Shown here: positions 13,425-29,214 of the stretch, piece by piece
Position numbering within the stretch: the first letter of the stretch is position 1
How the letters are laid out: every line of letters starts with the position of its first letter
Assembly: GCA_964016885.1 (NCBI GenBank)
Contig: OZ024751.1
Coordinates: 46,500,001-46,564,000 of the forward strand
DNA from: Eledone cirrhosa
Taxonomy: Eukaryota
DNA: 64,000 bases
Direction: 5' to 3'
Position numbers and translations under genes: made by a program
The notes under the pieces: generated by a model
What the model was told of the DNA's origin: nothing
What the model saw: only the letters and a program-made list of their open reading frames with translations
Database searches by the model: none

Positions 13425-13514
<90 letters not shown>

Positions 13515-13760
13515 AAAAAGTATGACCCCGACGGCAGAGCTCAAGCCGTTTCAACGGCTATTTCTGGACTGAAATTGCCGTCCAGAAATAGCCGTCGAAA
13601 CGGCTTGAGCTCTGCCGTCGGGTTCATACTTTTTCCCTATTTCCCACTCTACTACCCTAAGTATTGAGTACTCTGGTGCGTTATGGTCCATCTGGCTCCT
13701 TACTACAATTCCTTTGTTATATATATATATATATATCGATTGGTTATTGATTAGGCGATA

Positions 13761-13871
13761 CCCGCTGATGAAGCCACATGCGCTGATTATGCATTGTTGC
13801 ATAATATATACAGACAGAGGGTGCAGTGTACCCTACTGATGCATTAAGTGTGGCCGAAACTCGAGTCCGGG
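13761..13871 (+). ncRNA. Type I hammerhead ribozyme
   Basis: cccg-CTGATGA-aGCCACA...TGTGGCc-GAAA-ctcgag-TC-cggg; palindromic ACTCGAGT, GUC site. Confidence 0.82.
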
Positions 13872-14341
13872 AACTACTATAGGCACCCGTTTATGTGTAT
13901 ACTCTGCGAATGTATCCTACATTACCTATTGAGTACGCTGAGATACAACCGGTCCTGGCATTGATAAATATGCTGGGTCTGTCAACTCCTTATTATATAT
14001 ATATATATATAAATATATATATATAGTATTTACGTATCGAGAAAGAGAAAAAAAGGGGGGATAGGTGATACATATAGTTATTTGCCAAGTAGTGTATGCC
14101 ATATAAATATATATACACACATTCATACGCAGACAAATATGTATATAAATGAAACAAAATAATTAATTGAATGGTAATAAACAAACAAACAAACAAAAAA
14201 CTGAACAACAACAAATTAAACGAACCGAAACAAAGAATGAAAGTTCACGGATGAAATCTTTGCAAAAGATTTGTTTTCTTTGAGGCTTACTTTTACATTG
14301 AAAGGTGGCTGACAAAATATGTAGTCAAGTTGAACAGACGA

Positions 14342-14460
<119 letters not shown>

Positions 14461-15040
14461 TTTCTTTTTTTTTTTTCTACATATATATATGTATGTATGT
14501 ATATAAACGTAATTTGAGTTTTTCGAATATTAATAATAACATTCGATTCGTTTGCAATTATGCAAGCAAGCCTCATTTATATATGTATATTTCTTTCTCT
14601 CTCTCCGTCTTTGTTCTTTTCTCTCTCTCCGTCTTTTTCTTTTTCTTTCTCTCCGTCTTTTTCTAATTGTGCTTAACACTATGACTTATTAAAACAATAT
14701 AAACAAATCACTATCCAGACAGCCTCCAAAAGTAATGGTTGTATTTTAAAAGGGTACGTCAAAGCTATTTGTAAAACTGTTATATATTGTATTTTGTCTG
14801 ATGAAGGCATACCATAATTTAATGTGGTATCCCTGAAATATGTATAATGAAATAAATATGGTTTTATAAATATAGTTTCCATTTATTAATATCGTATATA
14901 TATATATATATATACGTAGGTCCCGGGTTGAGTCGGGGATAACCACAGTAAGGTACTCAATACATGGCAGAGTAAAATTTTTTTATTTTATAGAAGAGCT
15001 TCTACAGGACTAGTACTGTTTCATTCAGATGAAATCTTCA

Positions 15041-15095
15041 GGAGCTTCCTGAAGATTTCATCTGAATGAAACAGTACTAGTCCTGTAGAAGCTCC
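15041..15095 (+). ncRNA. Type I hammerhead in a fold-back element (family also at 28348-28442 both strands, ~36085-36135 -, 38956-39004 +, ~56450-56500 +)
   Basis: ggagcttc-CTGAAGA-tTTCAtcTGAAt-GAAA-cag...ctg-TA-gaagctcc; 8-bp stem I, GUA site. Confidence 0.8.
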
Positions 15096-15272
15096 TTCTA
15101 TAAAATATATATATATATATATATATACATACATATATATATATAGAGAGGAGATAGTATAGGCTACTGTTGTTGTTGTTGTTGTAACAATGGACTAGAG
15201 GAATGAATGATGGTGGAGCAACACGACACTAAATTTCAACGTAACTTTGAGGCTAACTAGTGATATCATGAC

Positions 15273-15379
<107 letters not shown>

Positions 15380-15396
15380 TATACATGCATGTAATG

Positions 15397-15428
<32 letters not shown>

Positions 15429-15473
15429 TGTATGTATGTATGTATGTATGTATGTATGTATGTATCTATGTAT

Positions 15474-16050
15474 GTATCTACCCAGTACAACCTGTCTCAT
15501 GGTCGGGTCGTTGGCGACTAAACTGGCAACCCCACCAAGGTTTCTTGGTGAGGAGGGTGACTTTGGACATCCTGCAGGACTAAAAACAAAACCTGTCAAA
15601 GGGCAAAGGAGCTCTTAAGAGTCAATGGCCATCCAAAATCACTGGGAGAGATGACCCCTTAGCCTTTGTGAAAGCAGAATTCTAGGAGAAGGAAAACTCT
15701 ATATAACACCTGCAACCCTAATGGTATACAATGATGTTGACTTGTTCTTCTTTTTGGTAAATATCATCTTGGATAAGAGAGTGGGACTGGCTTTGTGCAG
15801 TGCCTTTGCTCACTATAAAAGCTTCACGGCACAGGCATTGCTTTATATCTGGAGATCTCTCTGAACTTGTCGTCACATGGTACCATGGGCCCAGCACTAT
15901 GTGTCAATAATTGTCACAAGTGTAGTGTTTGTACCAGAGTTTTCAAGTCGGTGGCTGGACTAAAAAGTCACACTCGTTCAGCGCATCGGTAGGGCTTCTC
16001 CTACATGGATATAAAGTAGTGGCCGTACTCGAAAACGAGTTGGCAGCCAC
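15474..16050 (+). repeat. ~575-bp dispersed non-coding element, second copy at 21566-22143
   Basis: Two highly similar copies end at the same gagttggcagccacc. The motif ctaggagaaggaaaactct resembles RTE 5'UTRs (recalled, unverified). Confidence 0.7.
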
Positions 16051-16080
16051 CATCTATCTATGTATCTATATATATGTATA

Positions 16081-16154
<74 letters not shown>

Positions 16155-16480
16155 AGTAGGTACTAGGTACCCACGTAAATATATATGGTGTCTATAATAG
16201 TGGTTGAGATACCAGAACTGTAAATATGAGCCGTACAAGTAAACATTAAACAATCTTTTAAATAAATTAAAATACGATTTAAATATTTACCTCTTCTAAT
16301 GCCATGACCGACGGTTTCGCTTATCAAAAGATTGGAAATTCAGAGAATTTCCCATATAATTCCCGCTTTTTCTAACGGTCCAATAAGTGTGTGGGTCATT
16401 TTAACGGCTTGATTCATTCACTGGGCAGAGGGTGATATATCTACATCTATACGGACTTATGTCTAGTAGATTTGGAAAAT

Positions 16481-16558
16481 CTACCTGAAGAGCTATATCT
16501 CTCCATTAGAAATTCTCTGAATTTCCAATCTTTTGATAAGCGAAACCGTCAGTCATGG
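16481..16558 (+). ncRNA. Probable degenerate hammerhead within inverted-repeat element 16236-16625
   Basis: CTGAAGA-gct...agc-GAAA-ccgtcag-TC; stem I imperfect. Confidence 0.5.
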
Positions 16559-17048
16559 CACTAGAAGAGGTAAATATTTAAATCGTATTTTAATTTATTT
16601 AAAAGATTGTTTAATGTTTACTTTTTCCGCTCATATATATATATATGAATGGAAAAAATGAAATTTCATTTCTCACTCTTAGTACGGCTGATACTTAAAT
16701 GTAACTATGTATACATACATACATATATGTATACAGACGTACAGTAGTATGTATATACATACATACATGCACACATATATATATGTACGTTTACTGAACA
16801 TTTATTATAATGCTCGGTTTGTTTGTAAACAAACATCCCGAATTATTAGACGTACATCGCTGCCCTGTTTGTTTAACACTGACAAAGGAACGATGAACTA
16901 GTTTCTAGCTTATTAGCTGTCATCAGCACTGTATACCTTCCTGTCAGTTGATTGAACGTTTGAAAGTATATACTTTCCTTATGCATATTAACGACTGAGC
17001 AGCCTAATTTGCATATCGAGTGAGTTAGTCGGCCGGGCGTAAACCTTA

Positions 17049-17086
17049 CGAGCTGAGGATCCGCTAAGGTGAAACAATTGTTCTCG
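17049..17086 (+). ncRNA. Minimal type I hammerhead (38 nt)
   Basis: cgag-CTGAGGA-tCCgctaaGGt-GAAA-caattg-TT-ctcg; palindromic ACAATTGT. Confidence 0.72.
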
Positions 17087-17197
17087 GTATGGTGAACTAA
17101 CTGTTGTGTTACCACTTCTATATATATAAGAAGGCCGGCCCCTGTATATATATATCTATAGGGACGATTTAAGCATCGAACACCAATTATATATATA

Positions 17198-17271
<74 letters not shown>

Positions 17272-19263
17272 AAAGTTCTATTTAAAATTGTTGGGATACA
17301 ACAAGTAAATATTTTTATAACTGATATAAAGCACTCGACAAGTATTTGGAGTAGATATACGATATTAATAAATGGAAACTATATTTATAAAACCATATTT
17401 ATTTCATTATACATATTTCAGGGATACCAAATTAAATTATGGTATGCCTTCATCAGACAAAATACAATATATAACAGTTTTACAAATAAGCTTTGACGTA
17501 CCCTATTAAAATGCAACCATTGTTTCTCTCTCTATATAATATTTCTCTCTCTTGAGTTTTTCTATCTGTCTGTTGACTTAATATCTCTCTGTTGCTTTCC
17601 TCTGTTTTTCTTATTTCTTCCTTTTTTCTTCTTCCTTCCTTTCCTCCTGTCTTTACTTATCTCTTCTTTTTTCTCCATGCATCTCTCTCTCTCCGATATT
17701 TCTCCATGTTTTTTTTCTTTCTCTCCGTCTTTTTCTAATTGTCCTTAACACTATGACTTATTAAAGTAATATAAACAAATCACTATCCGGATGGCTTCCA
17801 AAAACAATGGTTGCATTTTAATAGGGTACGTCAAAGCTTATTTGTAAAACTGTTATATATTGTATTTTGTCTGATGAAGGCATACCATAATTTAATTTGG
17901 TATCCCTGAAATATGTATAATGAAATAAATATGGTTTTATAAATATAGTTTCCATTTATTAATATCGTATATTTATATATATATATAATATAGAATAGGC
18001 TTCTACAGGACTAGAACTGTTTCATTCGGGAGAAATCATATATATATATATATGGTTAGAGAACTGGATTCGCAATCGTGAGGTTATCAGTTCGATTCCT
18101 GGACCGGGCAATGCGTTATGTCCTTGAGCAAGACACTTTATTTCACGTTGCTCCTTCTACCTGGAGTTGGAACCGATAGATAGTATTAGCAATTGGAAAG
18201 ACCAACGGAAACATTGTTTCCTCGGTCCGATTTGACGAAAGTCGATCGACAAATTTATATATATATATATATTTATAAAATGTATAACTTCTATATCTAC
18301 TATATACATATGCATGTGAACACCCACACAACAACACACATATACGCACACTCACATACATACATACATACGTACATACAGACATACACACAGACACACA
18401 GACAAACAGACAGACTGACATAGGTACATATTTCTTACGAATAAAACTACCACCTTTCAGTGTTCAACTATTACTTTGTTACATTACACCCACCACGTCA
18501 CACCACACTAAACACACACATTTTTCTTTACGCTCGGTTAAACTACATTACTTCTTTTTGTTAACAAATATTTAAATTTCACAAATCTAATATGTCTGGG
18601 AATTCCGTTTCAAGCAAAATCTTTTCCTATTATTAAACAGGACGGTGGATTAGCAGTATCGGTGGAGTTACGACCCTTTACGTTCTCAGTTCAAATCCTG
18701 CCGAGGTTAATTTTGACTTTCATCTTTACGGGGTCGATAAAATAAAGTACCAGTAATGTACTGGGGTAATTGGTGGCCTTGTGCCAAAAGTAGAAACAAT
18801 TATTAAAGAGGGCGGTGGATTGACAGTATCGGCGGAGGGTCGGACGCCATGCTTTGCAGCATTGGGTTACGGCCCTTTATGTTCTCAGTTCAAATCCCGC
18901 CGAAGTTAATTTTGACTTTCATCCTTACGGGTCGATAAAATAAAGTACCAGTAATGTTCTGGGATAATTGGCGGCCTTGTGCCAAAAATAGAAACAATTA
19001 TTAAACAAACCTTTCACCGGCTTCATTATAATTGTAATTTTATTGATATTATCACCAGGGCGTAGATTTATATATATATATATATATATATATACGGGAT
19101 AACAAATTATTGTTATAGGTAGTCCACTTAGATGTAGTCCAGTTAGGGTACTCTGAGTAGTGGATGGTATCAACGCTTGGCTAAGTTTAACTCAACAAGG
19201 CGTTTCCATAGTGATGCTGCGAGTACGCGGTGATTTCTATGTAGTTTACACTTGGAGTAATGA

Positions 19264-19613
19264 TAAATCAAGAAAGAAGAGTGACACGGTTTGCTATACA
19301 ATAAGGGCTTTAATCAGATTGTTGACAATTGTTTCTCTGAACTGGTAGGTCTAGAGATCGCTACCCGCCTGTTTCTGCGTCAATCGATCACCAATACATA
19401 GTTATAACCAGTCAATTCATCAGAGCTTGCGAGAATGAATCATTCAATCTCGCAAGCTCTGATGAATTGACTGGTTATAACTATGTATTGGTGATCGATT
19501 GACGCAGAAACAGGCGGGTAGCGATCTCTAGACCTACCAGTTCAGAGAAACAATTGTCAATAATGTGATTAAAGCCCTTATTGTATAGCAAACCGTGTCA
19601 CTCTTCTTTCTTG

Positions 19614-19618
<5 letters not shown>
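19264..19618. repeat. Near-perfect long inverted repeat (~175-bp arms, almost no spacer)
   Basis: Arms are reverse complements centred at ~19441; abuts (TA)n. Confidence 0.9.
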
Positions 19619-19669
<51 letters not shown>

Positions 19670-20270
19670 GTTATTGTTTGACCCATGTCAGTTGTGGTAA
19701 AGCAGATTTATGATGTAAGACTTTCCTGTCATGACCATCAAATCTTTTATTTTAAAAAGGAACAACCTTTTCTAATAAAGATCACTTTGAAGATCGAAAC
19801 AAGTCTGACCAAATTCACTCCGGTCCGCATTGTCAAATCAACTCATTTTAGATTTATCTCCCTTGCTTGTTGTTTTTAAATTTTAGATACAGTTACACGG
19901 TGTTTTTGTCTACAAATAGGTTTCTTCTATATTGAAGACGGTTGGATTCAATTTAAGGGAAATTTGACTGTTATTTTAACAATACGAGCAACCTCATCGA
20001 GGCATATATATTAGACAGGTGTTACACAATAGGATTTATTGGATTATACGTATTTCAATGATACATAACTGCACTGGAGCACTTATGCACTCAACTGGCA
20101 CCGGTGTGGCTTCATCAGATGTTAACACAATTATGTTGATATGTCACATGCAAACCCTTCCTTATATATACATATATATATACATATATATACATATATA
20201 TACATATATATACATATATATATACATATATATAAATACATACATACAAGCATACATATATATATATATG

Positions 20271-20364
<94 letters not shown>

Positions 20365-20590
20365 CGCGTGTATATATATGTATGTGTCGTATGTGTGCGT
20401 GTATATATATATGTGTGGTGTGTATGTGTGTGTATGTGAGTTTATATATTGCAATGTTTTATAACATAATTATAATCCACTAATTACCAAAGAAGCGATT
20501 AAATTACAATTTCATAATTAATGATTGAAACTGACACTACTTCGTTGGCTTCAGAAGGCACCGTGCCTATATAGACACTAATTATACATT

Positions 20591-20717
<127 letters not shown>

Positions 20718-20730
20718 GTATATATATATG

Positions 20731-20783
<53 letters not shown>

Positions 20784-20808
20784 GTATATATATATGTATA
20801 TATATATG

Positions 20809-20840
<32 letters not shown>

Positions 20841-20879
20841 ATATATAAGATCAAAAGATGGTTAAAGGAGTTCCATGTA

Positions 20880-20946
20880 TTTTATTATGCGCATTTCAAA
20901 AACAAACATCATCATGCAATAATATTTGTGTTTTCATCAGATAAAA
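20880..20946 (-). ncRNA. Type I hammerhead inside inverted-repeat element ~20843-21070
   Basis: ttttat-CTGATGA-aaacacaaa...tttgttttt-GAAA-tgcgca-TA-ataaaa; palindromic ATGCGCAT. Confidence 0.78.
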
Positions 20947-21190
20947 CAGGAGAACATGATATGAAGGCTAAAAAACACTTGTGGATAGTGCAGTTTTAAA
21001 TAAACATTGTTTTTGAAATGCGCATAATAAAATACATGGAACTCCTTTAACCATCTTTTGATCTTATATATTATGTATACTCCAGTCCTACAAACTGTAG
21101 AGTGCTTCTTATCCGATATCTGCATTGCTTTATTGTACTACAATAAAACTCACCTCCTACATTATATATATATATATGTATATATATATG

Positions 21191-21237
<47 letters not shown>

Positions 21238-21266
21238 GTATATATATATGTATATATATATATATA

Positions 21267-21462
<196 letters not shown>

Positions 21463-22162
21463 CCAGCAGCGAAGTTATTTAGCCTCATATCAGCAGCGAA
21501 CAGCGAAGTTATTTAGCCCTAGGCATGGGGGATATGTCAGGTCACCAGTTGGTGCTACTGGTAACATGTATCCCAGTACAACCTGTCTCATGGTCGGGTC
21601 GTTGGCGACTAAACTGGCAACCCCACCAAGGTTTCTTGGTGAGGAGGGTGACTTTGGACATCCTGCAGGACTAAAAACAAAACCTGTCAAAGAGCAAGGG
21701 AGCTCTTAAGACTCAATAGCCATCCAAAATCATCGGGGGAGATGACCCCTTAGCCTTTGTCAAGGCAGAATTCTAGGAGAAGGAAAACTCTGATATAAGA
21801 CCTGCAACCCTGATGGTATCCAATGATGTTGACTTGTTCTTCTTTTTGGTAAATATCATCTTGGTTAAGAGAGTGGGACTGGCTTTGTGCAGTGCCTTTG
21901 CTCATTATAAAAGCTTCAGGGCACAGGCATTGCTTTATATCTGGAGATCTCTCTGCACTTGTCATCACATGGTACCATGGGCCCTGCACTATGTGTCAAT
22001 AATTGTCACAAGTGTAGTGTTTGTGCCAGAGTTTTCAAGTCTCTGGCTGAACTAAAAAGTCACATTCGTTCAGCGCATCGGTAGGGGTTCTCCTACATGG
22101 ATATAAAGTAGTGGCCGTACTCGAAAACGAGTTGGCAGCCACCATGTATGTATGTAAATATA

Positions 22163-22250
<88 letters not shown>

Positions 22251-22777
22251 TGGCTTCTTTAGAAACTCACATTTGCTATTTCTCTCTTACACACAAACTA
22301 ATAGATATACATGCACATTCATACGCACACACACATCACACATAGATAGACAAACTTACACACAGACACATAGATAGACAGACAAACTTACACACAGACA
22401 CATATTTAGACAGACACACTTACACACATACACATAGATAGACAGACGACCCACCGCTCACTCACACATGCACACATACATACACATCCTCCCCCCATAC
22501 CCCCCTCACACACACACACATTGAACGGTCAAGATGTCGTCGACAGAAGACATGAAATATAATTGTTTCTATTTTTGGCACAGGGCCAGCAATTGTACCA
22601 GTACATTACTGGTACATTACTGGTACTTTATTTTATCGACCCCGTAAGGATGAAAGGCAAAGTTAACCTCGGCGGGATTTGAACTCAGACCGTAAAGGGA
22701 CGTAACTATACTGGAAAGCATGGCGTCCGACCCTCTACCGACATGAAATATAATAATTTGGCAACAGAGTGTATTGT

Positions 22778-24510
22778 AGTTGTAGTAGTGGTGGTGGTGG
22801 TAGTGGTGGTGGTAGTAGTAGTGGTGGTGGTAGTGGTGGTGGTAGTAGTGGTGGTAGTAGTGGTGGTAGTAGTGGTGGTAGTAGTGGTAGTAATGGTGGT
22901 GGTAGTAGTGGTGGTGGTGGTGGTAGTGGTAGTAGTGGTGGTAGTGGTAGTAGTGGTGGTAGTAGTGGTGGTGGTGGTAGTGGTAGTAATGGTGGTGGTA
23001 GTAGTGGTGGTGGTGGTGGTAGTGGTAGTAGTGGTAGTAGTAGTGGTAGTAGTGGTGCTGGTAGTAGTGGCGGGAGTAGTAGTGGTAGTAGTGATGGTAG
23101 TAGTGGTAGTAGTGGTGGTGATGGTAGTGGTGGTAGTAGAGGTGGTAGTAGTGGTGGTGGTAGTGGTACTAGTGGTGGTAGTGATGGTAGTGGTGGTAGT
23201 AGTGGTAGTAGTAGTGGTAGTAGTGGTGGTGGTGGTGGTGGTGGTAGTAGTAGTGGTGGTGGTGGTAGTAGTGGTAGTAGTGGAGGTAGTAGTGGTAGTA
23301 GTGGTGGTGGTGATGGTAGTGGCGGTAGTAGTGGTGGTAGTGGTGGTAGTAGTGGTAGTAGTAGTGGTGGTGGTGGTAGTGGTGGCGGTGGTAGTGGAGC
23401 TAGTAGTGGTGGTGGTGATGGTAGTGGTAGTAGTAGTGGTAGTAGTAGTGGTAGTAGTGGTGGTGGTGATGGTAGTGGCGGTAGTAGTGGTAGTAGTGGT
23501 GGTAGTAGTGGTGGTGATGGTAGTGGTGGTGGTAGTGGCAGTAGTGTTGGTGTTGGTTGTGGTGGCAGCAGTGTGGGTAGTGGGGGTAGTGGTGGTGATG
23601 GTAGTAGTAGTGGTGGTGGTAGTGGTGGTGGTAGTGGTGGTGGTAGTGGTGGTGGTAGTGGTGCTAGTAGTGGTACTAGTAGTGGTAGTAGTGGTGTTAG
23701 TGGTGTTAGTAGTGGTGGTGGTGGTGGTAGTAGTGGTACTAGTAGTTGTAGTAGTGGTGGTAGTAGTGGTGGTAGTAGTAGTGGTAGTAGTGGTGGTAGT
23801 AGTGGTGGTAGTAGTAGTGGTAGTAGTGGTGGTAGTAGTGGTAGTAATTGTGGTGGTAGTAGTGGTGGTGGTGGTAGTGGTAGTAGTGGTGGTAGTAGTG
23901 GTAGTAATGGTGGTGGTAGTAGTGGTTGTGGTGGTAGAGGTAGTAGTGGTGGTAGTAGCGGTAGTAGTGGTAGTAGTGGTGCTGGTAGTAGTGGTGGTAG
24001 TAGTAGTGGTAGTAGTGGTGGTAGTAGTGGTAGTAGTGGTGGTGATGGTGGTGGTGGTAGTAGTGGTAGTAGTGGTGGTGATGGTGGTGGTGGTAGTAGA
24101 GGTGGTAGTAGTAGTGGTGGGGGTGGTAGTGGTGGTGGTAGTAGTGGTGTTAGTGGTTGGTGGTAGTGGTGGTAGTAGTGGTGGTGGTAGTAGAAGTGGT
24201 GGTTGTGATGATAATGGTGGTAGTAGTGATGGTAGTGGTGGTAGTAGTGGTGGTGATGGTAGTGGTGGTGGTAGTGGTGGTAATGGTGGTGTTGGTAGTG
24301 GTGGCAGTAGTGGTGGTAGTGGTGGTGATGGTAGTAGTAGTGGTGGTGGTAGTCATGGTGGTAGTGGTGGTAGTAGTGGTGGTGATGGTAGTGGTGGTGG
24401 TAGTGGTGGTAATGGTGGTGTTGGTAGTGGTGGCAGTAGTGGTGGTAGTGGTGGTGATGGTAGTAGTAGTGGTGGTGGTAGTCATGGTGGTAGTGGTGGT
24501 GGTAGTGGTA
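22778..24510. repeat. 1.7-kb (GGT/AGT)n compound trinucleotide array
   Basis: Direct reading; the 3' part has a 126-bp duplication. Confidence 0.92.
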
Positions 24511-24696
24511 TATATATTCAGCGAGAATGGTATTTCGGCGAGTAGAAATAAGCGAAACGCAATTTCCGAATTGTGTTGGCAAGCGCCGCTCCATGGACCA
24601 AAAGAGACCAGAGCAATAAACATATGTTATAAAGGCCATACAAACTGAGACGGCGGTTAAGAAGCTATCAACCATCTAAGCCCCCCCCCCCCCCCA

Positions 24697-24729
<33 letters not shown>

Positions 24730-24760
24730 CGAAGCAAGCTAAACAGGTCAAACAAAATAA

Positions 24761-24940
24761 ATGAAATATTTACCCGGACCCCTGGAAATGATGGTATAAT
24801 CCGGTACAGGGTTTCTGCGACACCTAAATATACTGTCTGCTTAAAAAAATAAGCTTTTGGTATAATGATCGAACAAGGTTATCACTTTCTCATTAGGTAT
24901 TTTGCGCCAGCGTTCTGATACATAAAAGTAAGTATGCATA

Positions 24941-25036
<96 letters not shown>

Positions 25037-28000
25037 TATACACATACATATGTACATACGGGTTATATCGAACACTAATGATAATGTTCGATTCGTTTGT
25101 AAACAAACGAACCCGATTAGAAGCTGTGCCAGCCGGCTTGCGGACGTCGACATTGGCTTTGAGGAACAAGCGACATGTTTCTGAGTCATTACTCTTCATC
25201 AGGACTGTATATATACATATATATATATATATTTAAAATCTAACGCAGAGTGTAAAGTAATTGGCTACAACTGTGACAGAGTTAGTCCAATAACTTTAAT
25301 CAATTATTTTAATATTTGATAAATCAATGAATAAATATACAAAAACACAAACAAACAAACGACCCCCCCCCCCAGCGATATAACTCGTTTGCTGTCTATA
25401 AAAGAAGCCTCCTGTGGCTTGTTAGAGTTTAGACAGATATTTTAGCGTCATATTTAGGTCATTGTGAACACGATGAAAAATCCATATGTTCTCGGATGCT
25501 AAAAGAGGGGGAAATAAGTAAATTAGAAATTGAAATAAAATGGCGGCATATCGAAATTTGGGAACCAGGTTGGCGGCCATTTTGTTTTTTTATATATTTA
25601 TTTTTTTCCCCGTTTTTTTCATTATTTTTCCATTGATGCAACGATGAAACTAGTACAAAAAAAACAAAAAAACACCCCCAAACAAACAAATAAACAAACA
25701 AGCAAAAAAGAAAAGAAAACAACAACAACAACAAAAAAATACAAAACAAAACAAAACAAAAATGTGCATGTCGAGAGATATTACGTTTAGGTGTAAAAAG
25801 GTTTAGGTTGTATAATTGATGAAGTGATTGCTTGTTACTTTAATGATCGGTGTTCGATCTCTATCAGAGATAAATTAATATTTTATCTCAGTTATGTTTT
25901 ATTATTATTTATATTTCTTTTCCATTGGTCGATAAATTATGAATATCTGGTGGTGGGTTTGTTGACAGCGACAATCAATAGGCTGATGCTCTCATTTCTA
26001 GTCTTCCATTAGATTGAACTATGTTATTTAAACAGCAACATCAACAGTAACAACGACACCAACAACAACAACACCACCACCAACAGCAACATCAATAGCA
26101 ACAACAACACCAACAGCAGCAACACAAACAGCAACACCAACACCAACAGCAACGACATCAACAACAACACCAACACCAACAACAACATCACCAACAACAA
26201 CAGCAACATCAACAGCAACAACAACACCAACACCAACACCAACACCAACAACAACATCACCAACAACAACATCACCAACAACATCAACAGCAACAACAAC
26301 ACCAACACCAACACCAACACCAACACCAACAACAACATCACTAACAACAACAGCAACATCAACAGCAACAACAACACCAACACCAACACCACCAACAACA
26401 ACAACATCACCAACAACAACAGCAACACCAACAACAACAACAACACCAACACCAACACCAACAACATCACCAACAACAGCAACACCAACAACAACAACAC
26501 CAACACCAACACCAACACCAACACCACCAACAACAACAAGATCACCAACAACAGCAACAGCAACAACGACACCAACACCAACAGCAACAGCAGCAAACCA
26601 ACAGCAACAACAACATCACCAACAGCAACAGCAACAACAACATCAACATCAACACCACCAACACCAACAACACCACCAACACCAACAACACCACCAACAC
26701 CAACAACAACACCAACACCAACAACACCACCAACACCAACACCACCAACACCAACACCAACAAAAACACCAACACCACCAACACCAACACCACCAACACC
26801 AACACCAACACCAACACCAAGAACACCACCAACACCACCAACACCAACACCACTAACACCAACACCAAGAACACCACCAACAACACCAACAACACCACCA
26901 ACACCACCACCACCAACACCACCAACACCAACACCAACACCAACACCAACAACACCACCAACACCAACACCAACACCAACACCAACAACACCACCAACAC
27001 CAACACCAACACCAACACCAACAACACCACCAACAACACCAACAACACACCAACAACACCAACACCAACACCAACACCAACACCAACACCACCAACACCA
27101 CCAACACCAACACCAGCAACACCAGCAACACCACCAACACCAACAACAACACCAACAACAACACCGACAACAACACCAACAACAACACCGACAACAACAC
27201 CGCCACTTACACCAACACCAACAACAACACCACCAACACCACCAACACCAACAACAACAACACCACCACCAACAACAACAACACCACCAAAAATACCAAC
27301 ACCACCAACAACAGCAACATCAACAACAACCGCAACAACAACACCTCCAACAACACCACCAACAGCACCAACAATACCACCAACACCACCACCAACACCA
27401 CCAACAACACCACCAACACCATCAACAACACCACCAACAACAAAAGTTGTCTGTTGTGCTAAGAAGCTAAATCAAGTAATTCATTATTTATGGGTGGCGC
27501 ATAGGCAGATTCGCGAGGGCGGCGGACAAAATACATTGTGGCATTTAGTTATGGCTTGTATATATATATATATATACAATATTAAATAAATGGAAACTAT
27601 ATTTATAAAACCATATTTATTTCATTATATATATTTCAGGGATATCATATTAACAATATGCTATGCCTTCCTCAGACAAAATACAATATAGACAGTTTTA
27701 TAGATAAATAGATTTGACATACCGTAACAACATCGACTTGTATTTGAAAAGTTGAATTGGCAATATTGTATATATAATAATTGGCAATATTGTATATTGT
27801 ATTTTGTCTGAGGAAGGCATAGCATATTGTTAATATGATATCCCTGAAATATATATAATGAAATAAATATGGTTTTATAAATATAGTTTCCATTTATTTA
27901 ATATTGTAAATATACTCCAAATACTTGTCGAGTGCTTTTATATCAGTTATAAATATTTACTAGTTGTAACCCAACAATTTAAATATAACTTTCCATATAT

Positions 28001-28169
28001 ATATATATATATATATAATATAAGATCAAAAGATGGTTAAAGGAGTTCCATGGAACTCCTTTAACCATCTTTTGATCTTATATTATGTATACTCCAGTCC
28101 TACAAACTGTAGAGTGCTTCTTATCCGATATCTGCATTGCTTTATTGTACTACAATAAAACTCACCTCC

Positions 28170-28265
<96 letters not shown>

Positions 28266-28445
28266 TTTATCCCGGGTTCAATCGGGGGTAACCACAGTAA
28301 GTAAGGTACTTAATACATAGCAGAGTGTAAATATTTAATATAGAAATGGCTTCTACAGGACTAGAACTGTTTCATTCGGGAGAAATCATCAGGCTTCCTG
28401 ATGATTTCTCTCGAATGAAATAGTTTTAGTCCTGTAGAAGCCATT

Positions 28446-28489
<44 letters not shown>

Positions 28490-28793
28490 CCGTGACCATC
28501 TCCGCTGAAAGTTTTCATGAAATAGTCTTAAGACTATACAGAGCATTTGATGTTTTTCCAAATTGAAGGACAGGTATTTTGAACTTTATTTTATCATGAG
28601 TTAAGGCTCTATTGATTTTTCCCTGGATTTCACTAAATTCTGTGGATGAATTTATATCCTGATTCTCTTTGAAGTGAGTTTAAATTATTTTCCCCACATC
28701 TTACGTTAACTTTTTTTCACATTTTGACGCTATAGTCACTTATATACTATGGAATGCTGTTCGCTTTTCGCTGCAGTGTTTTCTATACCTTTC

Positions 28794-28865
<72 letters not shown>

Positions 28866-29178
28866 AACAAACAGCGAAAGACGCGTTCCGGGCTTGTCCG
28901 ACAGACAACCTTTTCCCCCACCCCGGAAAAAAACCCCAGTTGATGGATGTGAATCCGAAATATATAGGGACTATTAAATCTCTCCTAAGGTAACTCTCTC
29001 TTGTGTTGTTATTTTTATTTTAACCTTTATACTCTTCCCTCATTCTACACATCTCACACATCTTATACACACCACGCATCTCAACGTACACCCAATTACA
29101 TCTCTCTCTCCACCACCGGACCTTGTTACCCGGAGATTTACCCATTTGCATTGTCGAGGCTTCCAAATGACTTAAAAA

Positions 29179-29214
<36 letters not shown>

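Noticed and set aside
22735-24675. 465-646 aa poly-V, poly-GS and poly-PL ORFs
   Set aside because: Trinucleotide array lacking stops in multiple frames; no unique domain or splice support
26024-27443. Poly-LV ORFs, or a mucin-like Thr/Pro exon on +
   Set aside because: Register shifts within the array and no defined splice boundaries; treated as a simple repeat
28933-28970. Hammerhead-shaped motif (ccc..ggat/atcc-GAAA-tata-TA-ggg); similar relics at ~32807-32892, 34921-34950 (-) and 38712-38795
   Set aside because: Core mutated or truncated, so not called as ribozymes; probably decayed copies
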